IMG/VR virus record: IMGVR_UViG_3300031992_000010
Direction: 5' to 3' (one strand)
DNA length: 58,606 nucleotides
Source of the DNA: a virus
Lineage: Duplodnaviria > Heunggongvirae > Uroviricota > Caudoviricetes
This document shows, in pieces, positions 19,795 to 30,561 of the stretch (its first letter is position 1; each line of letters begins with the position of its first letter). The notes below the pieces were generated by a model. That model searched no databases and had not been told where the DNA came from. It saw only the letters and a list, made by a program, of their open reading frames with translations. The position numbers and the translations under genes were made by a program.

Positions 19795-21288
19795 ATGAAT
19801 GAGGTATTATTAACCGGATTATTATTGCGTAAGGCATTAGGAGGATACAAACGTATGATATATGGTACCACCCGACAGGCGAATAAAACCATCGGGTGCC
19901 GTTTTAACAATACGTATACATATAATACCAATGATAGAAAATGGGAATATACCGGAGGAACATTAATTACGGCCACATCGGATTCGGATAAGTATTTCGA
20001 GATAGAAATACCTGAAAATATGGCAATTACCAATTTTACATTCGATTCATCCTTTGGTGCACATCAGGATAATCCTGATCAAATAATAACGATAAACCTT
20101 TCGAATATAGGTAAGGTGAACCGGTTGGAAATGTTGTTGTATGCGTTTTCAAACCTCACACAGGTAACAGCCATAGCCGGATTCAATAAATTCGCACAAT
20201 CACCGTTACTTACAATGGAAGGTTGTTTCCGCGCCTGTGAAAAATTGGTTTCATTGGATTTTACCGGCCTTAACACCGACGATATGGTGGCCGGTTCATC
20301 CGGGGGTAGTGCCCGTTATGGATTTCCAAACTGTTTTTATAATTGTGTTTCATTGGAGCATTTGGTTCTCCCAAAAATTCCTTCAACGTGTTATATGGGC
20401 GGGGGGACATTTTTTGGTTGTGAAAAATTGTCATCCGTGGAATGTAGTGGAGAGGTGGCCAACGACCTTTGGTTGGTAACACAATCCTCATCAACAGGTA
20501 TAACCGGTGGTGCGCCTCTTACAAGGGATTCAATGAGAAATGTTCTTTCCCATCTTTCAGCCACACATCCGGCAACCTGCGAATTTTGGGACGCCGCGTG
20601 GTATTGGACAACGGCCGACCCACAATGTCAAACGCTGGTAACTGCCGCGGAAGGAAATGGTTGGACATTTACACCTACGTATCCGGTATATTGGTTCGAT
20701 GATTGTAAAACATATGACCATTTCCATACCTCATCGGCCGGATGTTATCTTGTAGGCCTTGAAAAATCAACCGATGCAAATCCTTGTACATATATGGTTG
20801 GTAAAACATATATGATATGTAATGAATCCGCTTCAATGACAACACACGACCACGGTGAATATAGGTTTGATTCAGGTATGGATCTCACAAACGCCACCCA
20901 ATTGGATATTGTTATAAAGGATTTTATGTGGACACAGGACCCCGGAACAGGTTCCTCAAATCGTATAGGTCTTACCCGTACAGGTATTGATACAAGGGAT
21001 TCATCCCAAACCCGGCTGACAACGGTAAATGATAACTTCCCATTCTATATAAGGTGGGTTGATTCAAACGGAAATACCGGTTCCTGGACCCTTTTGGAGA
21101 CCATACATACCACACAATATAGTCAATCGGACACAACAACAACACAAATAACGCATACCATTTCATTACCTTCGTCGGGTTTCAATGGTAGTTCCGTGGC
21201 AGGTTTTGATATAATGTATATGAAAACCGATGATAGTGCAAAGGAAAGAATAAAAGGTTGTTGGTATGGGTCAATAATTATTAAATAA
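19795..21288 (+). CDS. BspA-like leucine-rich-repeat protein, tail-associated
   Basis: CFRACEKLVSLDF, CFYNCVSLEHL and TFFGCEKLSSV repeats. Confidence 0.6.
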   Translation: MNEVLLTGLLLRKALGGYKRMIYGTTRQANKTIGCRFNNTYTYNTNDRKWEYTGGTLITATSDSDKYFEIEIPENMAITNFTFDSSFGAHQDNPDQIITINLSNIGKVNRLEMLLYAFSNLTQVTAIAGFNKFAQSPLLTMEGCFRACEKLVSLDFTGLNTDDMVAGSSGGSARYGFPNCFYNCVSLEHLVLPKIPSTCYMGGGTFFGCEKLSSVECSGEVANDLWLVTQSSSTGITGGAPLTRDSMRNVLSHLSATHPATCEFWDAAWYWTTADPQCQTLVTAAEGNGWTFTPTYPVYWFDDCKTYDHFHTSSAGCYLVGLEKSTDANPCTYMVGKTYMICNESASMTTHDHGEYRFDSGMDLTNATQLDIVIKDFMWTQDPGTGSSNRIGLTRTGIDTRDSSQTRLTTVNDNFPFYIRWVDSNGNTGSWTLLETIHTTQYSQSDTTTTQITHTISLPSSGFNGSSVAGFDIMYMKTDDSAKERIKGCWYGSIIIK

Positions 21289-21440
21289 TTTGTATATAAT
21301 TCCAATGGTCAAAATATGCCATTATTTTCAATTTTAATGCGGTTATTTTTGATTTTCTTCCGAAAATAATATAATTATATATTTTTTCCAGGATCTCACG
21401 GTAGAATCAATTTAAATGGAAAATAAATTTTTGTATTCCA

Positions 21441-21502
21441 TTAAATTTTTTCCGGATTCATTATATATTAATATGTAAGTTAAATTTAAAGGATATAGGA
21501 GG
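21441..21502 (+). promoter_or_regulatory. 62-nt promoter plus leader cassette (TTAAAT-N17-TATATT...AAAGGATATAGGAGG)
   Basis: 61 of 62 nt identical to 50852-50913. Confidence 0.85.
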
Positions 21503-21510
21503 AAATTAAA

Positions 21511-21720
21511 ATGAAAAAAGTGGTTGTAAATTTTACAAAATGTAGCGATGATACGTTTGACAAATTGATAGGAGTTGCGATGCAAACCGGCGGGACCGTT
21601 ATGGATGAAGGTAATCCAAAAGGAATCGTAATCGGATTCGATGACTTTAATGAGATCGGGTACGTGGAGGCGATTGCGGAGTTCCGATCGGCCGGCGCAA
21701 CCGTGGAGTGCGTGGAATAG
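21511..21720 (+). CDS. small hypothetical protein
   Basis: Has its own promoter cassette, a GGAGG upstream and a downstream terminator; ends in TAG. Confidence 0.8.
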   Translation: MKKVVVNFTKCSDDTFDKLIGVAMQTGGTVMDEGNPKGIVIGFDDFNEIGYVEAIAEFRSAGATVECVE

Positions 21721-21741
21721 CCAATAAAAAATCAACACCGG

Positions 21742-21768
21742 AGGGTGCCTAATTAGGTACCCTTTTTT
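21742..21768 (+). terminator. intrinsic terminator
   Basis: AGGGTGCCT-AATT-AGGTACCCT followed by a T run. Confidence 0.75.
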
Positions 21769-23389
21769 ATTTATATACAATTTCCCATTTGGTATGGCCT
21801 GAATCATATATGCGGTAATATGGCAGATTCATCATAATATCCTTTTCGGTCATATTTGACGAGGTTGCATATTGTTTAATCCGGTTCTTTTGAAATGAGG
21901 TGCGGTGGTAACGTATATGTGTTGTTTTATGTACATACCAATATGATACGGTCGAACCTCCGTTGGTGAATCCTAATTTTTTATATAGCCCGCCGTTGCT
22001 TATATCATTAGATGAAAATGATACGATTTTTTTAGGATGGTAATTTTTATTAAAATATGTCAGTAATTTTTCGGCACCGCCAACAACCTGCATATTTATT
22101 TTTGTACAAAACCGGTTTAATTCCCAACAATCATCATTCATTCCTCCTGAAACCTTCGACCGGTGGTTGAATGTCATTACACCGACAAGTTCGGTATTAA
22201 AATATAATCCCATGCGAACCTTTGTTTTTGTGCGGCCTTGAATGTGATTGGATTCAAGAAATTCCATACAGGTTGATGGGTCAATTTCCTTTATTAAACA
22301 TTGCCGCGCATATATCCGGGTTTGGTATATGCCCAATTTTGATAATGCAACCGATCGGGCTATATCCGGTGCGGTTATGATTTGATCCTCCCAAATGGTT
22401 ATTAGTTGGATTCCTGCATCCCTACATTTAATATATTTATTATAATGATATTTATTATCCTTTTTTAAATCACTATGCCAATAACATCCGTTACATTCGA
22501 ATGCAATCCCCCTATCCGGAATATAAATATCCAATTCGTAAGGTGATATGACCGACCGTATGTTGGTTTCATATTTTATATTATATTCATCCAAAATATT
22601 TTTTATAAACTTTTCAGGCCAGGTATCCATATTTCCCACGGATTTTATTGGAAGTAATTTGGTGCACGGCTCAATATTAAATTCCCGGCGTGCGAAAAAT
22701 TGGTCGTTTTCTATTATATATGTTTTCTCCTTACATTTATCACATCCACTGTGCGGACACATACATATCCAACCTCCATCCTTCGTATATCCCACAATAT
22801 TGGAATGCCCATTAATATACCTGACCTGATTGGACTTTTTTATTTTATCCTTTACATCCGGTAGGGATTGAACCCGTTCCACACCATATTTACGAATATT
22901 ATTTTTTATTTGGGTCTCCTGGACCTGTTTTGATTGTGATGGATATTCGACACCATAACGTTGTTTGTTGGTATTCCTGATTTTTTGTTTAACATCCTCC
23001 GATTGAAATGGATTTTCCACACCATACCTTTCCAACGTGGTTTGTATGGCCTTTTCCCTATTATTATATGAGGCATCACCATATTTTAACACCTTCGTAT
23101 TTATTATTTTTTGTACCCGGCCCGGATTCATATTCATACACTCCACACTACAACATTCATTGTATCCATAAACCGAATTACGAAATCCCACAGGTTTTCC
23201 ACAATAACATTTTGGTCGTTCCGTAATATCGTGGAGTAGCCAATATATACCCTCCGAAAATGTTATATCCGGAAATTTAAATAATATATAATTGTATACG
23301 TCAGGAAAATGTTTACGTATATATCCTGCGGTTCTTGCATTTGGCTTGATGCCCAAAATTACATTTTTGTATGAAGCTATATCCATCAA
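21767..23389 (-). mobile_element. free-standing Hef-like (PD-(D/E)xK/Vsr-like) homing endonuclease gene, copy 1
   Basis: CxC..CSxxC zinc motif, (K/R)YGV(E/D)N repeats, YELDIYIP...AFECNGCYWH nuclease motif and a GNAT-like C-terminus ending YRIYDSG.TKW. It lies next to the DNA polymerase gene. Confidence 0.7.
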
Positions 23390-23428
23390 CCATTATTTTA
23401 ATAAAAAATAAAAATTATCCATCACTTA

Positions 23429-23457
23429 TTAAATTTTTCGGAAAGGATTTATATATT
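23429..23457 (+). promoter_or_regulatory. TTAAAT-N17-TATATT promoter-like site for the DNA polymerase
   Basis: Exact hexamers and spacer, 25 nt upstream of the ATG. Confidence 0.75.
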
Positions 23458-23482
23458 TAAATAAATTTTTTTATGCACATAT

Positions 23483-26386
23483 ATGATACTTGATTATAAG
23501 TACGATAATAGGGAACGAAAATTTGCGGTTTCCTATATTAACGAACAAGGGGCAAAATCCATATATGATTTCAATGTGGATAAATTTAAGACGTATTATT
23601 ATACACCGGTCGGCAGGTTTATGAGCGATACCGGTGCAAAGTGTGATATACGTTGGACGGAGAAGCCACATAAATTCGATATTAAGACATACCTGATGGA
23701 ATTGGATGATAAATATAAGCAAAAAATCAACCAAAAGGTATTTCCTAAATTATATACATTCGATATTGAAACCGAGTTTGTTCCCGGTGTAAAACCCGAA
23801 CCGGAACTCGCACCGCTCCCAATTACAACAATACAAATCACCTCACCGAACCTGAATACCATTATTTTGGGTACGAAGGCATTGGATGAGGCCGGTATTA
23901 AGGAGGTTGAAACAAATATATCGGAATACCTCGACACCGTTCCATTTTATGAAACAATGGGTATTCCAAAGCCAAGTTTCAAATATGTTAAATTCAATAC
24001 GGAGGAGGAAATGCTGCGGTATTTCCTTCAAAATATTGTTTCGAAGGTTGCGGTATTGGCCGGATGGAACTGTATTCTATTCGACTGGAATTATATTTAT
24101 AACCGCATTCGAAATAATTACCCGGGGTTGTCAATCAATATGGCAAGTTGCAAGAGAACCACGTCGTTGAAAAATTATGTGGATAAAAAAGGTATGAAGA
24201 TAAGTCTTCCAATGCCTGACCACACGCTTATCCTTGATATGATGCAGGTAATCGATGAAAATGACGTTGCCGTAATGCCCATAAAGGAATCGTTATCACT
24301 TGATTATATCGCGAGGGAATCCATTGGAGCCCATAAGATTGAATATTCCGGTTCATTGCAGGACCTATACAAAAACGATTATGGCAAATATGTTTATTAT
24401 GGTGCCATCGATAGTATCCTTGTCCAAATGATTGACCGTAAGTTCAAGACATTGAATAACATATACCTTGAGTCCTTATATTGTAATGAAAAGGTAGGTA
24501 AATGTTTTAGTAAAATCCAATTGACGGAATCGTTGGTATTCAATGATTTTTACTCACACGGTATTAAAATCGTACCGGAGGAACGTGGTGATGTGGATCG
24601 TGGCAGATTGATTGGGGCGTATGTTAAAATCCCAATGAAGGGACTACATAATTATGTTTGTTGCAACGACTTCGCGTCCCTTTATCCATCAACCATAATC
24701 ACCTGCAACCTTTCATTCGAAAACTGGGTTGGCGCCTTCTATGATACCGATAAATTGACCCCATACCTACGTGATCCGCATTATATAGTAATTGGGGGAC
24801 TTGTATATAAGAATGCGGGGACGATTGATAAACCCAAATTGGGATCGTTTGTCAATAAGCTCCTGGATGAGGAAAAGTTGGAAAAATACCGCAAGGATCC
24901 AAACTATTTTGTATCGGTAAATGGTCACGTATATCGGAACGACCGCGACTATACCTTCCGTCGAATCCAAAGTACATTAAAGGCCACACGCGATATATCA
25001 AAATATTTGGCGAAGGATTTGGATGCAACCGTTATGTTGGATATACATAATATTTTAAAAACTGGTAAATGTAAAAACCAAACATATGCGGACGAATGTG
25101 TCAAGGTAATGAAGGAAATGGGGATGACGATAACCTGTTCCGGGGATCTTTTGAAAATGAAAAAATCCGAATTGGAGGATTTCTCAACAAGATTACAGGC
25201 CGAAATTGTTTACTACGTTTGTAACGAGCAAACAATGAAACTGTTGGGTAACAGTATGTATGGCGGATGTTCCCACGCCTCATTTTATTGGTATAATATG
25301 GGCCTTGCCAACGATATCACCGGCGAGGCGCGTAACCTTACACATATGATGGAACACCATATTCCGGGGTTTTGGAAGGATAATTGGTTGAAGATGAAGG
25401 ATTTACATAAAATGCTGGGTCGTGAGGTCGACGAGGTGAAGGCAAAACAAATACTCGGAACCGTGCCTTACGTAACGGCCGAACAGGATCCGGATGCATT
25501 TAACGAACGTAGTTGGGTATATGCGGCGTATGGCGATACGGATTCATTATATCTTTGTTATCAATACCTGATGGAGACGTTGAAGGATTACGACACCATG
25601 ACCGACGACGAACGTTTACAATGGCTGGTGGATCTTAATACCAAATTTTTCGACCAACACAATAAGGAATTTATCGCCGATTATTATGAAAAACGTCACG
25701 TCAAATCCGTACATAAATTTGAATTGGAAACAATCAACAAGTCGGGTATTTGGTTGGATGTTAAGAAACGATATGCACAGGTATTGTTATGGAAGGATGG
25801 TAAGTTCTTCCCGAAGGATGAGTTGCCAATAAAAACGAAGGGACTGGAAATGATTAAATCACAATATCCAAGTCTATCACGTAAAATCCTAAAACGCGCG
25901 GTACAATTCCTTCTAACAAATTCGGACGATAAATATATCGTTCAAAAAATCAATATGGAGGTCCAAAAAATGAAACAGGAATGGATGACGGCCGATATAG
26001 AGGATATATGTGAAAATGTAAACATAAATGGGTACACAACATACGTGATAAATAAGGAGGACGGTGTCGATTTTGCCAACCACGCCTCATTTGGTGTAAA
26101 ATCGTTGGCAAACTATAATGAAATTATCCGGAAAAATAATTTACCGGATGATATGATTTACGGTGGCAAGTTGAAGTTATATATTGTAAAAGGTACCAAT
26201 GATAAAAACCGTGTGGGATTTGCCTTTATGTCGGGCTCGTATCCAAAATGGGCGGAAAAATATGCCCCGGTAAACCGTCACGCCATGTTTCAAAAATATG
26301 TCCTCGATCCGTTGAATCGTATAACGGATGCGGCCAACCTGCCTAAATTGAATGTGGATGGAAGTATTCAAATAAGTCTTTTTTAA
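23483..26386 (+). CDS. gp43: family B DNA polymerase (T4 gp43-like)
   Basis: Exonuclease motifs FDIET and GWN..LFDWNY. Polymerase motifs DFASLYPS, KLLGNSMYG, YGDTDS and KKRY. Confidence 0.95.
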   Translation: MILDYKYDNRERKFAVSYINEQGAKSIYDFNVDKFKTYYYTPVGRFMSDTGAKCDIRWTEKPHKFDIKTYLMELDDKYKQKINQKVFPKLYTFDIETEFVPGVKPEPELAPLPITTIQITSPNLNTIILGTKALDEAGIKEVETNISEYLDTVPFYETMGIPKPSFKYVKFNTEEEMLRYFLQNIVSKVAVLAGWNCILFDWNYIYNRIRNNYPGLSINMASCKRTTSLKNYVDKKGMKISLPMPDHTLILDMMQVIDENDVAVMPIKESLSLDYIARESIGAHKIEYSGSLQDLYKNDYGKYVYYGAIDSILVQMIDRKFKTLNNIYLESLYCNEKVGKCFSKIQLTESLVFNDFYSHGIKIVPEERGDVDRGRLIGAYVKIPMKGLHNYVCCNDFASLYPSTIITCNLSFENWVGAFYDTDKLTPYLRDPHYIVIGGLVYKNAGTIDKPKLGSFVNKLLDEEKLEKYRKDPNYFVSVNGHVYRNDRDYTFRRIQSTLKATRDISKYLAKDLDATVMLDIHNILKTGKCKNQTYADECVKVMKEMGMTITCSGDLLKMKKSELEDFSTRLQAEIVYYVCNEQTMKLLGNSMYGGCSHASFYWYNMGLANDITGEARNLTHMMEHHIPGFWKDNWLKMKDLHKMLGREVDEVKAKQILGTVPYVTAEQDPDAFNERSWVYAAYGDTDSLYLCYQYLMETLKDYDTMTDDERLQWLVDLNTKFFDQHNKEFIADYYEKRHVKSVHKFELETINKSGIWLDVKKRYAQVLLWKDGKFFPKDELPIKTKGLEMIKSQYPSLSRKILKRAVQFLLTNSDDKYIVQKINMEVQKMKQEWMTADIEDICENVNINGYTTYVINKEDGVDFANHASFGVKSLANYNEIIRKNNLPDDMIYGGKLKLYIVKGTNDKNRVGFAFMSGSYPKWAEKYAPVNRHAMFQKYVLDPLNRITDAANLPKLNVDGSIQISLF

Positions 26387-26395
26387 GGATTTCCA

Positions 26396-26454
26396 TTAAA
26401 TTTTTTAATGAATCTTTATATATTAATGTGTAAGTTAAATTTAAAGGATGGAGG
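26396..26454 (+). promoter_or_regulatory. promoter plus leader cassette variant
   Basis: TTAAAT-N17-TATATT followed by AATGTGTAAGTTAAATTTAAAGGATGGAGG. Confidence 0.85.
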
Positions 26455-26462
26455 ATTAAGTT

Positions 26463-26708
26463 ATGACAATCGAGGAATTAAAAAAGGAAATGCAAAACGG
26501 AGTCGTTGAGTTCCAATTTATTAAAAAGGATGGGTCAATCCGTAACGCAAAGGGCACGACAAATATGGGTATTATTCCGGAGGAAAACCACCCGACAGGA
26601 ACTGATAAACCATTGAGTGACAACGTTGTACGTTTTTATGACGTGGAAAAATCCGAATGGCGCTCATTCTGCATTGCAAACTACATTGAAAATCCTGCAA
26701 TCGAATAG
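26463..26708 (+). CDS. SH3-like beta-barrel protein (WYL_2/DUF2693-like)
   Basis: VEFQFIKKDGSIRNAKGT...FYDVEKSEWRSF. Confidence 0.75.
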   Translation: MTIEELKKEMQNGVVEFQFIKKDGSIRNAKGTTNMGIIPEENHPTGTDKPLSDNVVRFYDVEKSEWRSFCIANYIENPAIE

Positions 26709-26710
26709 GT

Positions 26711-27037
26711 ATGGATATTAATAACGAAATAAAGGAAATATATGAGACCACCCTCAAAGGGGGTGGTTTCGAAGGTTCAATCGAAACCGGATTCACCCGC
26801 AAGGTAAAAAAGGTCGTAAGTACGATGATTGTGAATGGTGTAAAACAAAACCAATATGCGGAAATGACACTCACGGTTAAATATATCGGTGAAGGTTCGA
26901 TTGAAGGAACCCCGGAGGAAATTATTTATGGCACAAATATAACCGTAAATAATTCCGATGGCGATGATTGGTGGTTTAATAAGGAGGACCTCCAACTATT
27001 TCTATCGAAAAATTTTGGAAATACAAATGAAAAATAA
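26711..27037 (+). CDS. hypothetical protein
   Basis: 108-aa ORF in the operon. Confidence 0.7.
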   Translation: MDINNEIKEIYETTLKGGGFEGSIETGFTRKVKKVVSTMIVNGVKQNQYAEMTLTVKYIGEGSIEGTPEEIIYGTNITVNNSDGDDWWFNKEDLQLFLSKNFGNTNEK

Positions 27038-27167
27038 TATGAAGATACGCGTTCCGCAGGTGGATGTCAGGAATTGGAACGCCGGTGAGATGAAATTTGA
27101 CCCATTTTGGGCGGATCTTTTAGTACCACAAAAAACCAAACAACGATGCAAATCATTAATAAAATAA
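27027..27167 (+). CDS. possible small hypothetical protein
   Basis: A 46-aa ORF fills the gap and overlaps both neighbours. Confidence 0.35.
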   Translation: MKNNMKIRVPQVDVRNWNAGEMKFDPFWADLLVPQKTKQRCKSLIK

Positions 27168-27688
27168 AAATCAAAAAGTTTTTTTATAGCACCTTACAAG
27201 GTATATTGCTATTGTATATCGCCATTTGTTCCACATTTGTAATTTGGAACTCATACCAATCATTCCAAATCGAGCATGATTATGATGCCTTATATGCGAA
27301 GGTTGATTACCTTGAACAATTAATAAAGATACGGACACAGGAGGTTGATGTATTGAGTTTGGAATTGAATAAGGACAACTTTTTCCGGGTATGTGCCTAT
27401 TATAACGTCCAATTCGATAGCATTGTTTATCGTCAGGCCGTGTTGGAAAGTGGTAACTTTACCTCATATCTTTGCAGGCAACACAATAACTTTTTAGGTC
27501 TATACAACTCCTCCATCCACGATTACTATAAGTTTGACCATTGGTCGGAATGTATACGTGGCTATAGGGATTTGGTTCAATATAAATATTCCGTCGAAAA
27601 ATATGGCGGGGATTATTATAATTTCCTTAAAAAACTGCCATATGCGGAGGATTCTTTATATATACAAAAATTAAAGGGATTATTTTAA
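27146..27688 (+). CDS. membrane-anchored glucosaminidase (GH73-like)
   Basis: N-terminal hydrophobic helix and coiled coil, then QAVLESG (catalytic Glu), NNFLGL and YAED..YIQKLK. Confidence 0.75.
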   Translation: MQIINKIKIKKFFYSTLQGILLLYIAICSTFVIWNSYQSFQIEHDYDALYAKVDYLEQLIKIRTQEVDVLSLELNKDNFFRVCAYYNVQFDSIVYRQAVLESGNFTSYLCRQHNNFLGLYNSSIHDYYKFDHWSECIRGYRDLVQYKYSVEKYGGDYYNFLKKLPYAEDSLYIQKLKGLF

Positions 27689-28701
27689 TGAAAACCGTTA
27701 TTATTACCGATACACATTACGGTATAAAAAAGAATAACAAACTGTGGTGTGATTTCCAATTAAAGTATATAGACAAAACCATTATACCATTAATAAAAAA
27801 ATTAAAGGCCGGAGGTGATGATGTCCGGGTGGTACATTGTGGTGATGTATTCGAATCGAAGGAGTTGCTGAACGTATATATTATGGATAGGGTAATATCC
27901 AAATTCAAGGAGTTGATACATTTATGCCCAATATATATCGTTGCCGGAAACCACGACTTTTATTCCATGACCGACGATTCAATATGCGCGTTGGATTTAT
28001 TGTTCGGTGAAATCAAGGATGAAAACCTCCATTATGTTGCCCGTGGTTATATTGCGGATAAGTCCCGAAAGGAATTAATGTTGCCATTTTTTTCAACCGA
28101 GAATGTGGAAACCGCGGAGAAAATATATGGTGAACTTGACTTTAAGCCGGAGATTGTTTATTGTCATACCGACCTTGAACATATTAATCCACGTTTGAAG
28201 GCATTATTTGTCGGAAGCAATATAATTTCCGGCCATATACATATACCTTACATGCACGATAATTATTATACCATTGGTTCCACCTATCCATTGGCCTTTT
28301 CTGACTCCAATACCCCGCACGGATGTTATGTTATGGATGACAATAACGTGGAGGGTATGGTATTCATTGAAAATAATGATTCGATGAAATTTTGGCGTTT
28401 GTATGATAATGAAATATTTGACGATGCCAAAACCGGTCAAATCCGTACGGATGATTATATCGAGGTATACGTCAATAAGGCCAACCTGTTGGAGGATTTG
28501 TATATAACCAAATTGGGTGAACTCAAGAAAAAATATCGTAATTGTGATGTAATTCCTAACGATGTTGTTGTTGAAAATTGTGGAAGTGCCCCTATTGATT
28601 TTGGGGATTTTGATATACAAAGGATTATAGCCCAAAATATACCGGAAAAATTAAAGGGGAAATTTCAAATTATTCTTGAACGTATTAAAGATATTTCGTA
28701 A
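27688..28701 (+). CDS. gp47: Mre11/SbcD-like recombination nuclease (T4 gp47-like)
   Basis: Metallophosphoesterase motifs TDTHYG, GDVF, GNHD and SGHIH. Confidence 0.85.
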   Translation: MKTVIITDTHYGIKKNNKLWCDFQLKYIDKTIIPLIKKLKAGGDDVRVVHCGDVFESKELLNVYIMDRVISKFKELIHLCPIYIVAGNHDFYSMTDDSICALDLLFGEIKDENLHYVARGYIADKSRKELMLPFFSTENVETAEKIYGELDFKPEIVYCHTDLEHINPRLKALFVGSNIISGHIHIPYMHDNYYTIGSTYPLAFSDSNTPHGCYVMDDNNVEGMVFIENNDSMKFWRLYDNEIFDDAKTGQIRTDDYIEVYVNKANLLEDLYITKLGELKKKYRNCDVIPNDVVVENCGSAPIDFGDFDIQRIIAQNIPEKLKGKFQIILERIKDIS

Positions 28702-28735
28702 TAGGATTTATTTTTATATTAAATAAATTCCTATA

Positions 28736-29191
28736 ATGTTAAAACATAACATCATAATGGGCAAACCCCGGATATTCTCCGAGGAGGTTGGTGAACAAAT
28801 GATTAATCTTTGTAGTCAAACGTTCCTCCTACCCCCAAACGCGGAATATCACCTATTTATTACGACACCGGATTATATCGGCCGTCCGGATTTGGTTTCC
28901 CAGTTCCTATATAATACCACGGCATACACGGATATTATTTGTAAGATAAATGGTATCTCAAATCCATTTGAATTAAATGCGGATAAAATCCTTGTATGTC
29001 CTACGGAGGCCAATATAGGTGATTTTTACCTACCTTCGGAGGATGATTATGAGGATGATGTAAATGGAATCCCATTAACAGGTAATAAACCCCAACCAAA
29101 ACAGGTCGATGAAAAACGTTCGGCAAACGATAGTGTCGTTAACGATAAACGTTTCGATATCGATAAGGAAAATAGAGTGGTAGTATACTAA
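28736..29191 (+). CDS. baseplate wedge protein (T4 gp53-like, LysM-like)
   Basis: YIGRPDLVSQFLY...DIICKINGISNPFEL. Confidence 0.7.
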   Translation: MLKHNIIMGKPRIFSEEVGEQMINLCSQTFLLPPNAEYHLFITTPDYIGRPDLVSQFLYNTTAYTDIICKINGISNPFELNADKILVCPTEANIGDFYLPSEDDYEDDVNGIPLTGNKPQPKQVDEKRSANDSVVNDKRFDIDKENRVVVY

Positions 29192-30546
29192 TGGCGGCAC
29201 CGGTGGTAATATTCGATCCTTCAATGGATCTTCCAAAAATAACGCACAACCTATACCTTTCGGGTGGCGACGGCCCGGATCCAAGTGTAAATTCCGTGGA
29301 TCAAACGATGGTGGATGGTATTGTTATGCCATTAATTCGGTTGAATAATATGTCGTTGAACTTTGCACAGGTTTCATTTTTTGAATTGTCAAGTGTTGAA
29401 TTTGTACCCCGTTTGCGCATTTCCATCAAGGATAGTGAAAAGATAATGAAAATCTTTAATAAAACGGAGGCGGATAATTATATTCAGGTACAAATATTAC
29501 CTCCTTTTGATGGGGCATATAGAAAAATAAATATGGTTTTTTATGTGGTCAACCACGAAACCCACGGTGATAGGGCAACGTTTGATTGTATTTATAAGGC
29601 ACAAGGTTTCCGGGATAGCCGATTGGAAAGTTTTGGTGAGTTAACCACGTTTGAATTATTTGAGAAAATTGCAGGCGAACTGGGATTGGGTTTTGTATCA
29701 AATGTTAAGGAGACCCACGATAAACGTTGGATATATTGTGATAATTGCTCATTTCAGGACCTAATTAAACGTGAAATGGATTATTCCGGAACGGCCACCG
29801 AGATATTTGATTCGTGGATAGATTTTAGGAATAACCTGACATTATTGGATATATATGAGCGTCAAAATACCATCGACGAAAACCTGACAATATGGACGAC
29901 GAGGTCCAAGGCCGTGGCCGTATCCAATGAATTTGGCGATATCAATAAACCGGTCAAGGTACCGGCCACATTGACGAATCATTATACAATGAGGAGTACC
30001 CCACTATATATTGCCAGGTATGAGAATATTATGAATAGTGAGGGTTCCGTTATTAATGGTACGGATGAGGTAAGTATTTGTTATAGTTTTGATAATAGTG
30101 CGGAGGATAATATGTATCTTGCCGATGGAAGTATTGAATCGGATACCACCATTAAATATAAATATGTAGGCGAATACTTTGGAACATTTAATTACCTGAC
30201 CCAACAAAGGGCCGTAAAAAAATTCAAGGACAAAATCAACAAGGATTGTATTTCCGTCACACTCCATACAATTTGTCTTGGCCTGATGCGTGGCGATAAG
30301 GTAAATATCCGATGGTATGAGGGAAGTACCACTGTTAACGATGCGGTACAAAAAAACAACAAGGATTATGAATCCAATATACCAACAGGTGAGGATGATC
30401 CAAACTCCGGTTATGAAACACAGGTTATAAATAAGGCCGTGTCCGGGCAATATTTAATAAAGGATATTATTATATCCTATAAGGACGCCACGTGGAATCA
30501 AAAGTTAACATTAATAAAGGTAAAAGGTGACATTGAAATGTCATAA
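29191..30546 (+). CDS. putative baseplate hub/tail protein
   Basis: Coupled to the gp53-like gene; beta-rich, with GLMRGDKVNI and VSGQYLIKDI hub-like motifs. Confidence 0.45.
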   Translation: MAAPVVIFDPSMDLPKITHNLYLSGGDGPDPSVNSVDQTMVDGIVMPLIRLNNMSLNFAQVSFFELSSVEFVPRLRISIKDSEKIMKIFNKTEADNYIQVQILPPFDGAYRKINMVFYVVNHETHGDRATFDCIYKAQGFRDSRLESFGELTTFELFEKIAGELGLGFVSNVKETHDKRWIYCDNCSFQDLIKREMDYSGTATEIFDSWIDFRNNLTLLDIYERQNTIDENLTIWTTRSKAVAVSNEFGDINKPVKVPATLTNHYTMRSTPLYIARYENIMNSEGSVINGTDEVSICYSFDNSAEDNMYLADGSIESDTTIKYKYVGEYFGTFNYLTQQRAVKKFKDKINKDCISVTLHTICLGLMRGDKVNIRWYEGSTTVNDAVQKNNKDYESNIPTGEDDPNSGYETQVINKAVSGQYLIKDIIISYKDATWNQKLTLIKVKGDIEMS

Positions 30547-30561
30547 AAAATATAAAATAAA

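Noticed and set aside
7041-21288. Diversity-generating retroelement or shufflon acting on the fibres
   Set aside because: There is no reverse transcriptase, no adenine-specific TR/VR pair and no invertase or inverted crossover sites in the window. The repeats are direct and in frame.
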